A DNA stretch of 63,763 nucleotides, counting the filler, from Hausera hauseri (Eukaryota), in NCBI GenBank assembly GCA_046269625.1. It is 10 parts of 10 records of this genome, joined end to end, with 100 filler letters (N's around TTAATTAATTAA, not from the genome) between each part and the next. Parts side by side here need not be neighbours in the genome. Positions count along the whole stretch, not along the records: positions 1 to 4,727 come from JBJURY010459245.1; positions 4,828 to 9,652 come from JBJURY010423254.1; positions 9,753 to 23,624 come from JBJURY010744319.1; 7 more parts are not named here. One strand, 5' to 3'. Below the pieces are notes generated by a model, which worked only from the letters and a program-made list of their open reading frames with translations, ran no database searches and was not told where the DNA came from. The position numbers and the translations under genes were made by a program. Positions 1 through 12,740 of this stretch are shown here, piece by piece. Position 1 is the first letter of the stretch. Each line of letters starts with the position of its first letter.

Positions 1-210
1 AGCGGATCGAATATTCTGACGACGTTGGTCAGGTGGACTTGCACAGCAATCCAATGTTCGCCCGGCAACGATGAAGTTTGTGTATTGACAATAATGCCGC
101 CAGTTTGTAGTAAATCACGCGGCACACAGTCAAGTGGAAACACGCCACGAAATTTCACGCTCAAGAGCAGCTTTCCATAGTGACTGAGGTCGGTGGAGTT
201 AAATGTGAAA
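1..210 (-). pseudogene. Polinton/adintovirus adenain-like cysteine protease, N-terminal part (runs off window start)
   Basis: Manual minus-strand translation gives KFRGVFPLDCVPRDLLQTGGIIVNTQTSSLPGEHWIAV...IFDPL. The NT...PGEHW...FD pattern is typical of Polinton PRO. It lies directly downstream of the major capsid gene. Confidence 0.85.
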
Positions 211-283
211 AATGTGATTTAAGTATAATAGTAATAGTAATAAATTACTTCACATTACGACGGTGAGACACAGCGGATTTTAT

Positions 284-1506
284 TTATACAATGTTGGTTC
301 CGTTTTTCGTTAATTCAACCTAGGCATCGAATACACCGTAAGTGTACATCACGGTAGATTAGCAAAGTGAACCTCCAGTCATAGGTTTCCCTAATGATGT
401 AGTTGACTTTGTTCAACGTCATAATCTGGATCCAGGACAAAGGTGAAGAAAGGATACGTGGACTTGAGCAAATCCATCGATATGCAATTGTTGACATTTT
501 TGTTCAGCAAACCAATGTTGTGTACGATAGATTGCATATATGTGCAAACTTAATCGGCGGTCTCGAAATCCTGCTTGTATGTCTCAACGAAATTCGCATT
601 CCTACCCAAACAGACGTAATTCACATTGCTATGGGTAAACGTTTCCAAATCGGTGGTATAACTGCTGTTTGTTGAACAGTTGTTTAAAATGTAACGAGCA
701 CAAATTTCGGTAATTGCATGTCGCCGAACAGTGCATCTTTGTAAAACATAGATGAACCATTGGGTATTGTGTAAAACACGAGTTCTGTGCGTTGTATCGG
801 GTAACAGACATTTTGCGTTTTCAAGCTCAATCGATGTCCCATGAGCACACATAATTCTACTTTTACTTGACGTATGAATGATCGAGCCTCGGTAATTTTC
901 AGTATGTGTTTGAAATTTGCAACTGCGGTTTTCAAACAAAAGATATTGTAGCTTCGTTTGAGCCGAATCATTGCTTTAACACCGGGCGGTAGGTATTTCG
1001 GCTGATCGAAAAAGTCAAAGTGAAGCTGTCCACACATGGTAAGCGCTTTTGATTCTGCCACCCATGCCTGACGGTTTGCTGCAGTAGTGTCATAACCGAT
1101 GGTTTTCATCAAATGAGTCGTTTTCGTTTCAGTACTGTAATTCAGAGCCGTTTCAATGAGTGCCTTGATGATGTATAAACTGGTGTTGCCTACGATTTTG
1201 ACACTATTTAGACTCAGTGAAGCCTCCTGAAACAGTGTGTGGAAAAGGTAATTTGTCGATGTGATAGTGTCTGTTGAAGCGAGAACCGTTGATGCATTTT
1301 TTTTATCAATGACTTTTACATAGAGTAGCGTATCGTTCAAATTCAGGTATTTATTGTCCGATGCCATAATATTAAATTAAATGCCAATGTTATCGTCCGT
1401 TGAAACCGAATCAACAGGGTAGATTTCTTCAAATGTCTCATTGTCAATAACAACTTGTGGCGCGCCTTTGTCAAATATACACAATTCAGATTTTTCAGAT
1501 GCCACC
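284..1506 (-). pseudogene. Polinton major capsid protein (hexon/PY), frameshifted
   Basis: N-terminal KSELCIFDKGAPQVVID; ORF 684-1367 contains YLNLNDTLLYVK, FHTLF, KALIETALNYS and LHFDFFDQPKYLPPGV.IRLKRS; continues in other frames to VFDA*VELTKNG. Confidence 0.88.
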
Positions 1507-1526
1507 TGTCTATCTGTCAATCAATT

Positions 1527-1865
1527 AATCGAAAATCGTACGACGACGTTTGTTTATAGTGGATGAGCTCGATTATGCTGTACGGTGTTTTCTCAAGCCA
1601 CTGCCAGCGAATTGCTTTTTGACATATTCAACGATTCCTGGTGTAACGCTTTTTGTTTCTGACAAGGCCTGTTCCTTCAGTGATGGTAAAATCTATTTGT
1701 GTTTATATAGCACGTCCTGTGCTGTTTTTGCTTCCACGTCTCCAACATGCTTCAAGACCGGAAATGCTAAACGTGCCAATGTACGCAACCATGCAGAGCC
1801 ATACTGTTTACCAACGAAATACGACAGTTCATTGCCCAGTTGGGGTTTACTGTAAATGGATATGA
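1527..1865 (-). pseudogene. Polinton small core / amphipathic-helix protein (cupiennin/pVI-like)
   Basis: Minus-strand translation YFVGKQYGSAWLRTLARLAFPVLKHVG...FAGSGLRK...KRRRTIFD: a QxG motif, amphipathic helix and basic tail, located between penton and hexon. Confidence 0.65.
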
Positions 1866-1884
1866 TTTCGGAATCAATAATGTT

Positions 1885-2941
1885 GTTGTTGGATTCGACA
1901 AAAATGAAGAGTTAGACTGGTTGTGGTACCGAACGGAAATTCAATAAGGTAGCCCGCGTCATATCAGATATTAATTTCAACATTGTTCATAGATGTTGAT
2001 GCCACAGGTAGGTACATTGTATTATCGAGCTTGACAGTAACATTGTCGCCAGCAGTATACTTGCTGCTTTCCGGATAAATTGCACGGAGTAGCGGTACAC
2101 GTACTCCACCAACCAAAATTGGTTCGGTGACGTTCACGTAAATGTACATTTGGCTTAGTCCCGTTTTCAGTTTGGGTTTGAGTGTTGCAACATCTGCCGC
2201 CGCCGTCGTCATCGATGTCTCAAACCTCTATTTTTCAAAACCCAATACCATGGCCAAAGTTTTGTCCAATGAAATATCAACAGTATCCTTAGCCAGTTCA
2301 AATTTAATGTAACCATTTGTATCTGACTCGAAAACTTTAAATATCGCCTTGTACTTTTGATTTGAAGACGAGTGTTGACAGAGATGTGTTACAGATTCGC
2401 AATAGACATTGTCTCCAATCGATACGTATGCCGTTGACACCCTTTCTGTTGTATAGGTAACTTTCACCTTTGTCTGGTAAAATGCGGGACTTAATCTTGG
2501 ACCAACTACATATTCACTTTTAATATTTTTACCTTTGTACTATGTATTTTTGAATTCAAATTTCTGCGCCATCTCAGAGGACTTAAAGGTAACAGTGAAT
2601 TCAAAATCTGCCATAAAATGTAAGTTTTCGCTTAAAATAAAAACACCGATTTTTGCTTTGGTTGTGCAAATGGCCGATTCTCCAACTGTTATATTATTGT
2701 TAGTAAGTGTCAGAGGACAAGAATGTGTTTTGGTTTCAGTAACAGTCTTGTTGTACGTTATTTTCGTACTACTTTTCAATGTCACCGGTACGTAGGAAAA
2801 GTTTAATTCCGTCAGTACAACCTCCCATTGTGCAACAGATAAATTAAAAGTATTGGTCCAATTTACAACGTATTCACTGGCTGAATTGTTCGTACTAGTC
2901 ATCGGACAACTGTTGCTCAGAAACACCATGTAAATACTCAG
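1885..2941 (-). pseudogene. Polinton minor capsid protein (penton), copy 1
   Basis: N-terminal IYMVFLSNS...N.ASEY...QWEVVLTELNF; C-terminal MYIYVNVTEPILVGGVRVPLLR...YLPV...VEINI...LTLHFRR. Confidence 0.82.
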
Positions 2942-2986
2942 GATCTCGATGATGATGATGATAATAGTGATGATGCAGTTTGTTTA

Positions 2987-4035
2987 TTATGGACGAAGAA
3001 AATGTAGCATCAAATGTGTCTTTGCGCCAAGCAGAAATTTAAAGGGTTTGCAAAATTCGTCTACTATATACAAAAAACTACTGGGCACAACATTGCGAGA
3101 CAACAATAAATACATGGGCCTGATGATGTTTACGTGAGCAGTTTCGACCGGTGTTTTGTATGTGTCCGAATCCAGTTTAATAGAAGCCAATAGTTGTTTG
3201 CGGTCTCCGCCAACACATACGGGTTGGGTTACATCCATTAAAATATTGATTCGATGAAATGCTTCGCAGAGATGTGGTTTTTGTTTAGCAACAATGGGCT
3301 GTCCGCGGCCGGTTTGACCGAATTCTCGTTCCTTAAAACCCAGATTGCGTGCCATGCAAAATATGTAACAATATTGTGAAGTGTAAACAAAATACGACCA
3401 TGAGAGTTTGATTCAAATGCCTTGAGAGCCAATTTAGCTACTACCTTTATGGTTGCGCACAATTCTGTTTCCGTTTCCGTAAGAAAAACATTTCCTGTTG
3501 TATGAGAGGGAAAGAATGATTCAGTCTTTTGCCAGTTCACTGTATTATCGGTGGTTTTCATGGAAAAGTTCAATTTTTAACTAATTATATTATGTCCACC
3601 GAGCTGTAGACCTTTCAAGCTCACATTGACAGATTGAAAACTTCATGCCTGAGCGTCGGCTAGTGATTTAAATTGCAATTCAATTGGATGTTTGTGTTTT
3701 AGCACCAATCGATTGTTTAAATGAAAAATATAAAACGGGAAATATTGCTGCTTGTAATTGCGAACGCGAAATGTTCCATTAGAGTCTCGGACTAACTAAA
3801 AACGACTAGATGCAGGGGATTGTCTTAGTAGAGTATAGTGTATTCCACTGTTCTCATGTATTGTTATTGGTGAAAATGCAAACGTGAATTCCGCCAAAGC
3901 CACCACCCAGGCTCCCTGGCATAAGTCGAGCGGTTGGTACGACGCCATGGTAAACCGTTCAGCGGTATTGTTATTATTGTTGTTGTCATATTGTGATAAT
4001 CTGTTACTATCAAGTACCAAATAAATGCACATCAC
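2987..4035 (-). pseudogene. Polinton minor capsid protein (penton), copy 2
   Basis: N-terminal IYLVLDSN...N.AERF...AWVVALAEFTF; C-terminal INILMDVTQPVCVGGDRKQLL...YLLL...THLMLHFLR. Confidence 0.78.
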
Positions 4036-4727
4036 TCAATTTGCGATGAAAATATCCAACTCGGTGTAGTGTATCCGTGTTACGTGACGAAATATTGTTT
4101 ATTAGAACCTTTGCTGCGTAAACGTAGAATTTTCTGAATACGATACACATCAGGTTTTTCCGATAGTACATGCAGTTCCTGTTTGTAAAATTTGCCACGT
4201 ATTTCGTTACCATTTTCAACTTCTAAAACATACATAACAGGCATTTGTTTTGTGTTGATGGCTGAAATTCAGAAAAACCTTATCGCTCCAGTTCTGATTG
4301 AAATTCTTAATGAATGGTGTTGTACTCAGCTTTGAAATACGTACATAATCATCGATTTTATACTTGGGGCGTTCAACTGGTTGTCGTTGTCGTCGTTGTG
4401 TTTGGTTTTGATAGAGCCACATGTCCAAATCATCGATTAAATCCACCGGTCGTAATCCATTGATGCCACGATGTGTTGAATGATTGTATGCATGGATAAT
4501 ATCCGGCAGTACATCAACCCAGCATTTATTGCCCTGCTTGGTAAAGAATTTGTTCAGTCGGCAGCGTAAGGTTCGATTGAATTGTCCAACAAATAAAGCC
4601 TTGTATTGTGAAAATACAGAGTAGAGGTTGGCATCGAACCGCCTCAAAACCAATGCAACATGGGAGTTGTAAAATTCTTTACTCAAATCCGTTTTTACAT
4701 GTTTCGGTTATTGTTGTTCAATTAATC
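4033..4727 (-). pseudogene. Polinton retroviral-like integrase, C-terminal half with chromodomain-like end
   Basis: TDLSKEFYN, FNRTLR, WVDVLPDIIHAYNHSTHRGI, KYKIDDYVRISK, NWSDKVF, then FYKQEL...YRIQKIL...YFVT*HGY...PSWI. Confidence 0.88.
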
Positions 4728-4827
4728 NNNNNNNNNNNNNNNNNNNNNNNNNNNNNNNNNNNNNNNNNNNNTTAATTAATTAANNNNNNNNNNNNNNNNN
4801 NNNNNNNNNNNNNNNNNNNNNNNNNNN
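4728..4827. other. Artificial contig linker (N run + TTAATTAATTAA + N run); also at 9653-9752, 23625-23724, 28065-28164, 33517-33616, 38575-38674, 51129-51228, 55338-55437 and 59721-59820
   Basis: Nine identical 100-nt spacers containing a six-frame stop palindrome. Confidence 0.97.
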
Positions 4828-6330
4828 TACATTGCAGTATCCCTGATATCTATGCTCCATTTCCTTGATATGCTGATGAAATCTTTCTCCTTGTTCCTCA
4901 CTGACATCTCCAAGGTTTTCGGAAAAACATTCAAGTGGGCATGGAGGAAATGTTGCATCCTAGAGCACGATAGTCTCTCAACATGGTTTCAACATACAGT
5001 CTGTAATTTTTGTGCCTGTAATTCCCAAGGAAATTGTCAACGACTTCTTTAAACGAAACCCAAGCTTTGTGCTCAGCGGACTTTATTGTTCTTTCAAACT
5101 GATCGTCGAAAGTAGCTTCCGAATTTGTGGGCCAAAAATACTCCTTCTTTCACTTTTAATAGCTTACTGCTGGAAATTTGTTGCAAATGTATTTGAAGCA
5201 ATCTCCCTCTCTGTTTAGGGCCTTAACAAACTGCTTAAACAGACCCAATTTAATGTGAAGTGGTGGAAGTAAGACTAGAGCTGGGTCAATTAAACTTGTA
5301 GCAACAATGGTTTTAGATCCAGGTTTTAAGTTTTGTCGCGGTAGCCCATTTTTCTTCTCCAGTGTTGATTTCTAGCCCTACTGTTCCACTCACACAAGGA
5401 CCATGGCATTTTTTGTAGCTTTTCTGCTGAACAAACAGCATACACATGATTTGGGGTCTCCACATATCGTCCAGTTAAATTCTGTGAGTCTTATCTTGTT
5501 CAAAAAACATTGGAGATTTTCGTATGTTTCCTTTAGACGAGTTGAGTATGCTACTGGAACGGATTCAAATTTATTTCCATTGTGAAGTAAGATGGCTTTT
5601 AAAGCAGTCTTTGATGAATCAATAAACAATCTCCATTCTTTAGTATAGTAGTCGATTTCAGAGCCTCTTAAATGACACACAAGTTCAGGAACATTACAAC
5701 AAAATATCAAGTCATCTTGTGCATTCAGAATAATGCATTCTTCACGATGTCGACACCATGAGAACGTTGTGTCTGGCACCAATAAATACTTTGCATTTAA
5801 TCAAAATCAGGTAGCTCCGCGCAGTCTTTTGTCAATTTCAGTTCTCTCATTAAGACATTCAGTTCTCTTGGATTAAAACGCTGTGGTTCATTCGTTTTAA
5901 ATTCAGGGTGGTAGTTGTCATGATCTCCAGAACTGTTTTCATCTTTTTTATCTGAGAAATTAGCTTCAAAAGAACTAAGAGGAACCGGAACTGGTGGGTC
6001 AAGTCCATGAGGCACAGATCGTCTTGTAGAGGGCAGATCCGGATACATGATGTTCTGTTTGTTTCTGGAATTGTATCCTTTCAAATCACACGAGCAGAAG
6101 TAACAATCATCACTGTAGTGTTTAGGCTCACGTCACACCATAGAAATGCAAACGGCAATACGGATTTTTCCCTTTGTTTCAAAGTCTCAATGCTTCCATA
6201 CAACTCCGACAGACTTAAATCCAAAATACTGCTTATACGCCTGCTTCACAAAATTGGTAATGTTCTGTTGCTGCTTCTTAACATAACTGTCATATATATA
6301 GCAGAATGCGTCAACGATATTTTATAATCA
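4828..6330 (-). mobile_element. Chapaev3-type (CMC) DNA transposase pseudogene
   Basis: DAFCYIY, VKQAYKQYFG, REPKHYSDDCYFC, WRLFIDSSKTALKAILLHNGN, LPPLHIKLGLFKQFVKAL, IFGPQIRKL and HFLHAHLNVFP. Family name is recalled from these motifs. Confidence 0.72.
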
Positions 6331-6399
6331 TATTAATGTTGTACCTGTGTAGCAATATTCCTATTTGCATCTTCATCTCACAATACCAGCAAACGATGC

Positions 6400-9300
6400 A
6401 GTAGCAACTTCCTTTCAAGAAGCCAAGGCAGGTGCAAGATGAGAACCGACAATTCAATTCAAAATGGGAGCTTTATTTCTATATGATAAAGAGTGGTAAT
6501 TCAATGATGTGTCTACGTTGCAAGCAGCAAATAAAAACTTTAAAGCGTTCAAATGCCAAGCAACATTAAGACAATTGTAAATCGCATATAAAGTACGTGA
6601 CCTTACAAGGTGAGTCAAGAAAACAAGCATTTGACACAATTAATTCCAATCATTCAAACGACGCGGAAAGGTTTTCTAAATTTAAGTCATCTTCCCGTAG
6701 TCCGGAGGTAGAGGCAATATATCGAGTTACTTTTTTGTTAGGTGTTAGAGGAAAATCGTATTCTGATATCGAGTTATTCAAGGCATGCATTCTGGAAGTT
6801 GTTCGATATATCGAGCAGCCACAACTAAATATATACAAAGACCTGCCTCTCTCTCGAAGAACAGTTGTGAGACGACAAGATGAACTTGCTGAAGTAATAA
6901 GGCAACAATTAGATGAAGTCTGTAAGCAACCTGATGTCCTGTTCGCTATGTCGTTAGATGAGTCATGTGATGCTATTGATACAACCCAAATTGCTGATTT
7001 TCATTCTCACTGTAACAGTATCTTCTGAAATACACGAAGAGCTCTTGGCTCTTGCTAGCTTGTATTCTACAACACACGCTGTCGGTATCCTCGCAGCTTT
7101 CGACAAAATATGCGCTGAAAAAACATTGGACTTAAACAAGCTTGTTGACATATGCACTAATGGTGCACCTGCAATGATAGGTAAGACTGGTTGGTTTGTA
7201 GAACTACTCGAACAACAGCTTCGCTCACAGCTGCCTAATACTCAGTTCCTATAATTCAATTGTATCATTAACCAACAGGCGCTCTGTGCAAAGTCTGCAA
7301 TTTTAGACAACAACATGGACGAGACCACATAAATTGTCAATTTTATACGTGCTCGTGCCATTAATCATCATCAATTCAGAGATCTTCAGGATGACGACTC
7401 CTCTGAGAAGGAGGACATTTTGTATCATTCAGATGTTCCGTAGCTGTCTAAAGGAGAAGCCATGAAAAGAATACTCGAATTGCAAGACTATATCAAAGAA
7501 TTTTACAATGGAAAAGGTGTTGAATGCAAGCTAAATGACACCTATTTTTGTTTGAATCTTGTCTTTTTTGAAGATCTTTTCGAACACTTGACTGGTTTGA
7601 ACACACAGATTCAGGGCAAAAACCAAACTGTATGTGATATGTGGCGTGTTATTGAAGTGTTTATTCGTTAACTGAAACTGTTTCAGACCAAGTTCGGAAA
7701 GAAGCAGCTCATTGAACACTTTTTCCTCTTGCTTGTCTCGATTAGCAGACATGCAAATGCAGAATTATGCTATGATGACTTTTGTAATATCTTCAATTTA
7801 TTCCTTGCTGAGTTTGAAACATGATTTTCCGACTCCTGTCAGAAAAAGAATGAGTTGCGCTTAGTCTCTGAGCCACATTTAGTGGAACCCGAGACGGTGT
7901 CCGAAATGTGTCAACTGGAACTTCTGGAGCTTATTGAATATGCCATCTCACGGCACATGCTGACGCAACAGCCTGTAGATTTGGTTGCATTCTGTAAAGG
8001 AGCAATTCAATATTCGAATCTTCATAATCATGCCCGACGAATACTAACTTGCTTTGGTAGCACATACATATGTGAAACTGCTTTTTCACACATGAAGTAC
8101 TTGACGAATAAATGTCGCACAGTACTTACTGATACTCATTTGCAGTATCAATTACGTTTGAAGACTACAAACCTTATGACACATTTCGTTAAACTATTGG
8201 GTTGGCAACTAAGTAATTGCCGATTTAACACATAGATGTCTGTAACTATCTTTTTAATGACTTCTCTCAATGTTATGATGTCTTCCTTTTGACAATTGTT
8301 AGCTGTAACTCTTACCTTGCTTTACAAGCAAATTGCTTGTTTTTGTTTAAATTTGTCAATTTGGCGTCAATTTTAATGTGGAATGCAGAAACGAGCATTT
8401 TCGTCAAATTTTATATTTTTATTTCCGTAACGGAAAGACACAGCGCAAGAAGCTAAAAAGTTACATGAGGAATATGGTAAGGAAATCTTAAAAAAGACAG
8501 TGCCGAAATAGGTTTAAAAAATTTCGTTCAAGAGATTTTTTTTCTCAAAGATGACCAACGTTCAGGTCGACTAGTTGAGCATGATGATGACCGAATCAAA
8601 GCTGTAATTGAGTCCGATCGTCGTGTAACTATGCGAGAGCTTGCAGAGAGGTTGAATGTATCACATACATCAATTGAGAAACATTTAAAACGTCTCCAAG
8701 TCGTTAAAAAGCTTGATATTTTGATTCCACATGAATTGAAAGAAATTCATTTAACGAAGCGCATCAACGCTCGCGATTTGCATCTTAAACGAAATGAAGT
8801 CGATTTTTTTTTAAATGGATTATCATTGGTGATGAAAAATGGATTGTTTACGCTAACGTCAATCGAAAAAAATCATGGTCCAGGCGTGATGAGCCATCAC
8901 AAACCACTTCGAAAGCTGACATCCACCAAAAGAAGATTTTGCTGTCAATTTGGTGGGATTGGAAAGGTGTAGTGTATTTTGAGCTGTTTCCAAGGAACTA
9001 AACGATTAATACAAATGTGTACTGTTAACAACTGGATATATTAAATGCAGCGTTCAACGAAAAACGGCCAGAATTAGTCAATTGTTAAGGTGTCATTTTC
9101 CATCAGGATAATGTTAGACCACACGTATCTTCGGTCACTCGCCAAAAATTGATAGACCTTGATTTGGAATTGATGTTACATCGACCATATAGCCTTCACC
9201 AAGCACAATCAGACTACTATTTATTTCGATCTTTGCAAAATTTCTTGCATTGTAAAACTTTCAATGATGATGACAATGTGAAATCGCACTTTTTTCAGTT

Positions 9301-9637
9301 TTTTTGTCGATAAAGACCAGAAGTTTTATGAACCTTGAATCATGAAGTTTCCAGATAGATGACAAAAGGTCATCGAGCAAAATGGAAAATATATAATCGG
9401 CAATTACTTAGTTGCCAACCAATATGTTCAAATAAGCAAGCTCAAAGGAGCCATTAACAAGAGACATTAATAAATGTTTTTACTTGGTTGTTCATGGTTT
9501 TGTCTGTCTATACTTGAGATGCATTCATTTGAGCTTTGTATTAGCGTATCTACTTTTTGAAAAATTGAGATAAATAATTTGTCTTTCGTTTTCTTTATTG
9601 AATGGCCTCTAAACCCAAAAAGGTTGTCTAGCCCTGA
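6400..9637 (+). mobile_element. hAT (Charlie/SPIN, GTF2IRD2-like) transposon, decayed and interrupted by a mariner; probable 3' TIR at about 9620-9637
   Basis: LPLSRRTVVRR, SLDESCD, EELL, CTNGAPAMIG, CIINQQALCA and FGSTYICETAFSHMK. The C-terminus KQAQRSH* resumes after the mariner. The end GGTTGTCTAGCCCTG reads CAGGGCTAGACAACC on the minus strand. Confidence 0.85.
8197..9422 (+). mobile_element. Near full-length mariner, mellifera subfamily (Famar1/Ammar1-like), inactivated
   Basis: TIR TTGGGTTGGCAACTAAGTAATTGCCGATT at 8197 with its inverse ending at 9422, both flanked by TA. Transposase remnants: EHFRQIL, RSGRLVE, IPHELKE, ITGDEKW-like, HQDNVRPH, YSLHQAQSDYYLFRSLQN. Confidence 0.93.
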
Positions 9638-9752
9638 CCTGTTCGTTTAAGTNNNNNNNNNNNNNNNNNNNNNNNNNNNNNNNNNNNNNNNNNNNNTTAA
9701 TTAATTAANNNNNNNNNNNNNNNNNNNNNNNNNNNNNNNNNNNNNNNNNNNN

Positions 9753-11480
9753 TGTCCAATCCTTTGGCATACATACAATACGATGAGAGTTCGTGATATT
9801 GGTATGCCGTTGTACTGCTATGTTGAGGACTGGGACTGCATGTATGAACTGGTCTGAGAATGACCTCAAAGTCGCAGTAGATGACAATTGGGACCTTGAT
9901 CTTCTTCTCAAATTCCTTAAATTCGATATAGACCTCTTTGGGAAATTCTGGTCTTACAAAATAATTGCTGTTACAATACATTTTATGCTCCTTCAGCTTC
10001 TCCACAGCTAACTTACCACTAAAATGCGATAAACATCTTTTGCATATTTCGATTCCGTGTTCATGATTTGTTATTTGGGATTTGATTATACGTCTAAAGT
10101 TTTTGATCCAAACATAATGTTTCTCATCACCATCGTCTAGTAGAAGCAGATCCCTATGATCTTCCAATTCATCATCACATATTTGTAAGGGGTAGAATTT
10201 GTCCTCTTCGTCGAATCCAAAGATATTGATGGACATGTTGTTGATGCGGCTGAACTTCTTGATTTCATCTGGACATGGAGGGAATGTGATACACTGAAAG
10301 TCATAGTTGTGTTGGAGATCATTAAATAGCCAAATTCGCTCTGCTGCATGTTTTTTATCCTGTACAAGTTGACATAAAATAGCATACAGGACGCATTTGT
10401 TGTCATTATCATGGGCATTGACGCATGCATTTTTCTGCCGAATCTATTCCGGAAGCTGTATATATAAACTGCCTCGCATGGGGGAATATCTATGCACATA
10501 TATAAGCAGACTCTTGATGGCTGCCAGAGTCCATCCGCTCTTTTTACTCTGGCTCTCATCAGCTTTACGGATCAGCTTCATGTGTTCATCATGCAGCCAT
10601 TCAGCTATATTTGTGCTTTTCAATATAGTCCTATTTTTGGTCTTGAACGCTGTAATTGAATGCTCAGCTGCCACATTGACGTATGTGGCCTCAAATTTCA
10701 TATTAACCTTAAGGGCCTTGAGCTTAGTCATATTGTCCTGGAGGATCCCCTCTGTTTCTTCCTTTACATATTCCAGGAACTTCTTGATGGTTGTTTGTCC
10801 AGCTGCATCAATGACATATTTGCGGACTTTATTATTTAATTCAGCGCCATCAACTTGCAGCTGTTTTTGGCTTTTTGGTGGAACCGCTACACCTGTTGAG
10901 CCTGAAGCATCTGATAGACCTGATGGACGTTTTACTCTTGCGGTCTGTACTGCGGACTGGACAACTGGCCTATGCTCATTAAATATGATCTTGGATTTTG
11001 ATACAAAGTCAGTCAGATGATCCTTATGATCTTCATAGAACTGTATGTATTCCCCATCACATATAGTCTCACATCCAGGGCAAATATAATAAAGGATTCG
11101 ATTGAATTTGTGACCATAATAGATCCTCATGATATTGTGGCAATTCTCGAGGTTATGTATTGTACATATGCAATACATATATATACTGCACCTTTTGTTT
11201 TCTTTTGACACGTTAGACATTGTTGGAATATTGGTATAGAATATTTCTTTTTTCCAATTGACGAAGGATATCAAGTGTTGTTTATGTACGTCGTAGAATT
11301 CCTCATACCCTGTTCAGCACACTACCTCACATGTAGGGCATATATATTATTGGATCCTATTGAACATGTGGCCATAGTATTTGATCATGGTACTATGGCA
11401 GGTTTCTGGATCATGTATTGGAGCCAGACATTCTTAATACAATTTGCACATCTAAAACAAATTATTTGACGACAACAAAT
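9753..11480 (-). pseudogene. Polinton protein-primed PolB, N-terminal region up to Exo I
   Basis: SGWTLAAIKSL...YSPMRGSLYIQLP, NACVN...DNKC, SINIFG, HYVWIKNF, ICKRCLSHF, VIYCDFE, YQYHE. Confidence 0.85.
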
Positions 11481-12299
11481 AAGAAGAAGACTTACCATTC
11501 TTGTAAGTGATTTCGGAACTGAATTTGGAAATAATGAAAAATATAGCTATACCAGCATGCACTGTCTAATTTTGATAATTGATGCAGTAAAACACATGTA
11601 TGAAAAATATTTTTGATGTAGTAAAACACATGTAAGGAAATAATTTTAATGGTGGGGTAAATTCGGCAATGAATATTGTATAGCCAATATATAATGTGCA
11701 TTTGTTTCAATGCATCAAATGCATGAACTTGTCACGTAATTATGCCATTTCTTGTCACTGTTTGTTTTAATGCATCAAATGATTTAAAATATCGCGCGCT
11801 CCAGATTCGGTTTTCATATATGCTGAATCAATTGGCACCATCAAATTCTTCGAATAATGCACGCTCCATCGAATATTTGAGTTCGAATAGCCAAGTATTT
11901 GAGTTCGAATATTCTTTTCGAACATCTGACATCAGATTCAGATTTCCCACATATACTTTCCTATCCAGTCCCGCTATTAGATTTATCGATTTCCGCTTCA
12001 CTGCACTTTAAATTCACATTTTGCTTAATTCAAAATATTGATTTTGTATATACATAGTACATTTTCATGAAATAATTTTTATGCACATGGAGGTCTTCGA
12101 ATACGAGGAATCGATTCCTGCCGTTAGATTTTTCGAATAGTTCGAAGTTCGATTTTCAAGTTCGAAAATCTTCGAATTTCGAACTTTCGACTCGAGATTC
12201 GAATTCTCCATAGTCGATTTCCTATCTGTCCCCGCTCAATGTTGGGTCGAATTTTGCTTCCCTACGCTTATAAAACATGTTGAATAAATAACCAATTTG

Positions 12300-12740
12300 C
12301 ACTTTCGATCGATATTAATCAATAACTATTCAATAAATTTAAATTCTAACTGCACATTCACACACAACATCGTGTACGCTACCGATTGCACCCTGTCCCG
12401 AGTGCTAATAATCGATTTTTGATTTTTCGAAAATCCAATATTATTGATTTTTGCACACTTGCACATGTGCTGAATATTTGCACTTGCACCAATCGATGTG
12501 CACTCATGTACACTATCGAGTAGCACAAAGTGCAGATCGATTCGATCAACAGTGCACTGTGCAGCGATCGGTTTGTGGAAAGTGCAAAGGTGCCCTTAGC
12601 AACGGTGCCTAGCGGCACCGTTGCTAAACACTTTTTGGATCGATAGTGCATCGGGTACACTATCGATCGGCACATGTGCAAAATAGATTTATCGATTACC
12701 CCCACCCGGGGTGGGGTAGAACCGCCATTTTCCTTGTACT
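12300..12740 (-). repeat. Probable Polinton terminal inverted repeat, with the terminus at 12740
   Basis: Reverse complement of 23092-23540; rich in GTGCAC and ATCGAT palindromes; ends CATTTTCCTTGTACT; PolB reads inward from it. Confidence 0.7.
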
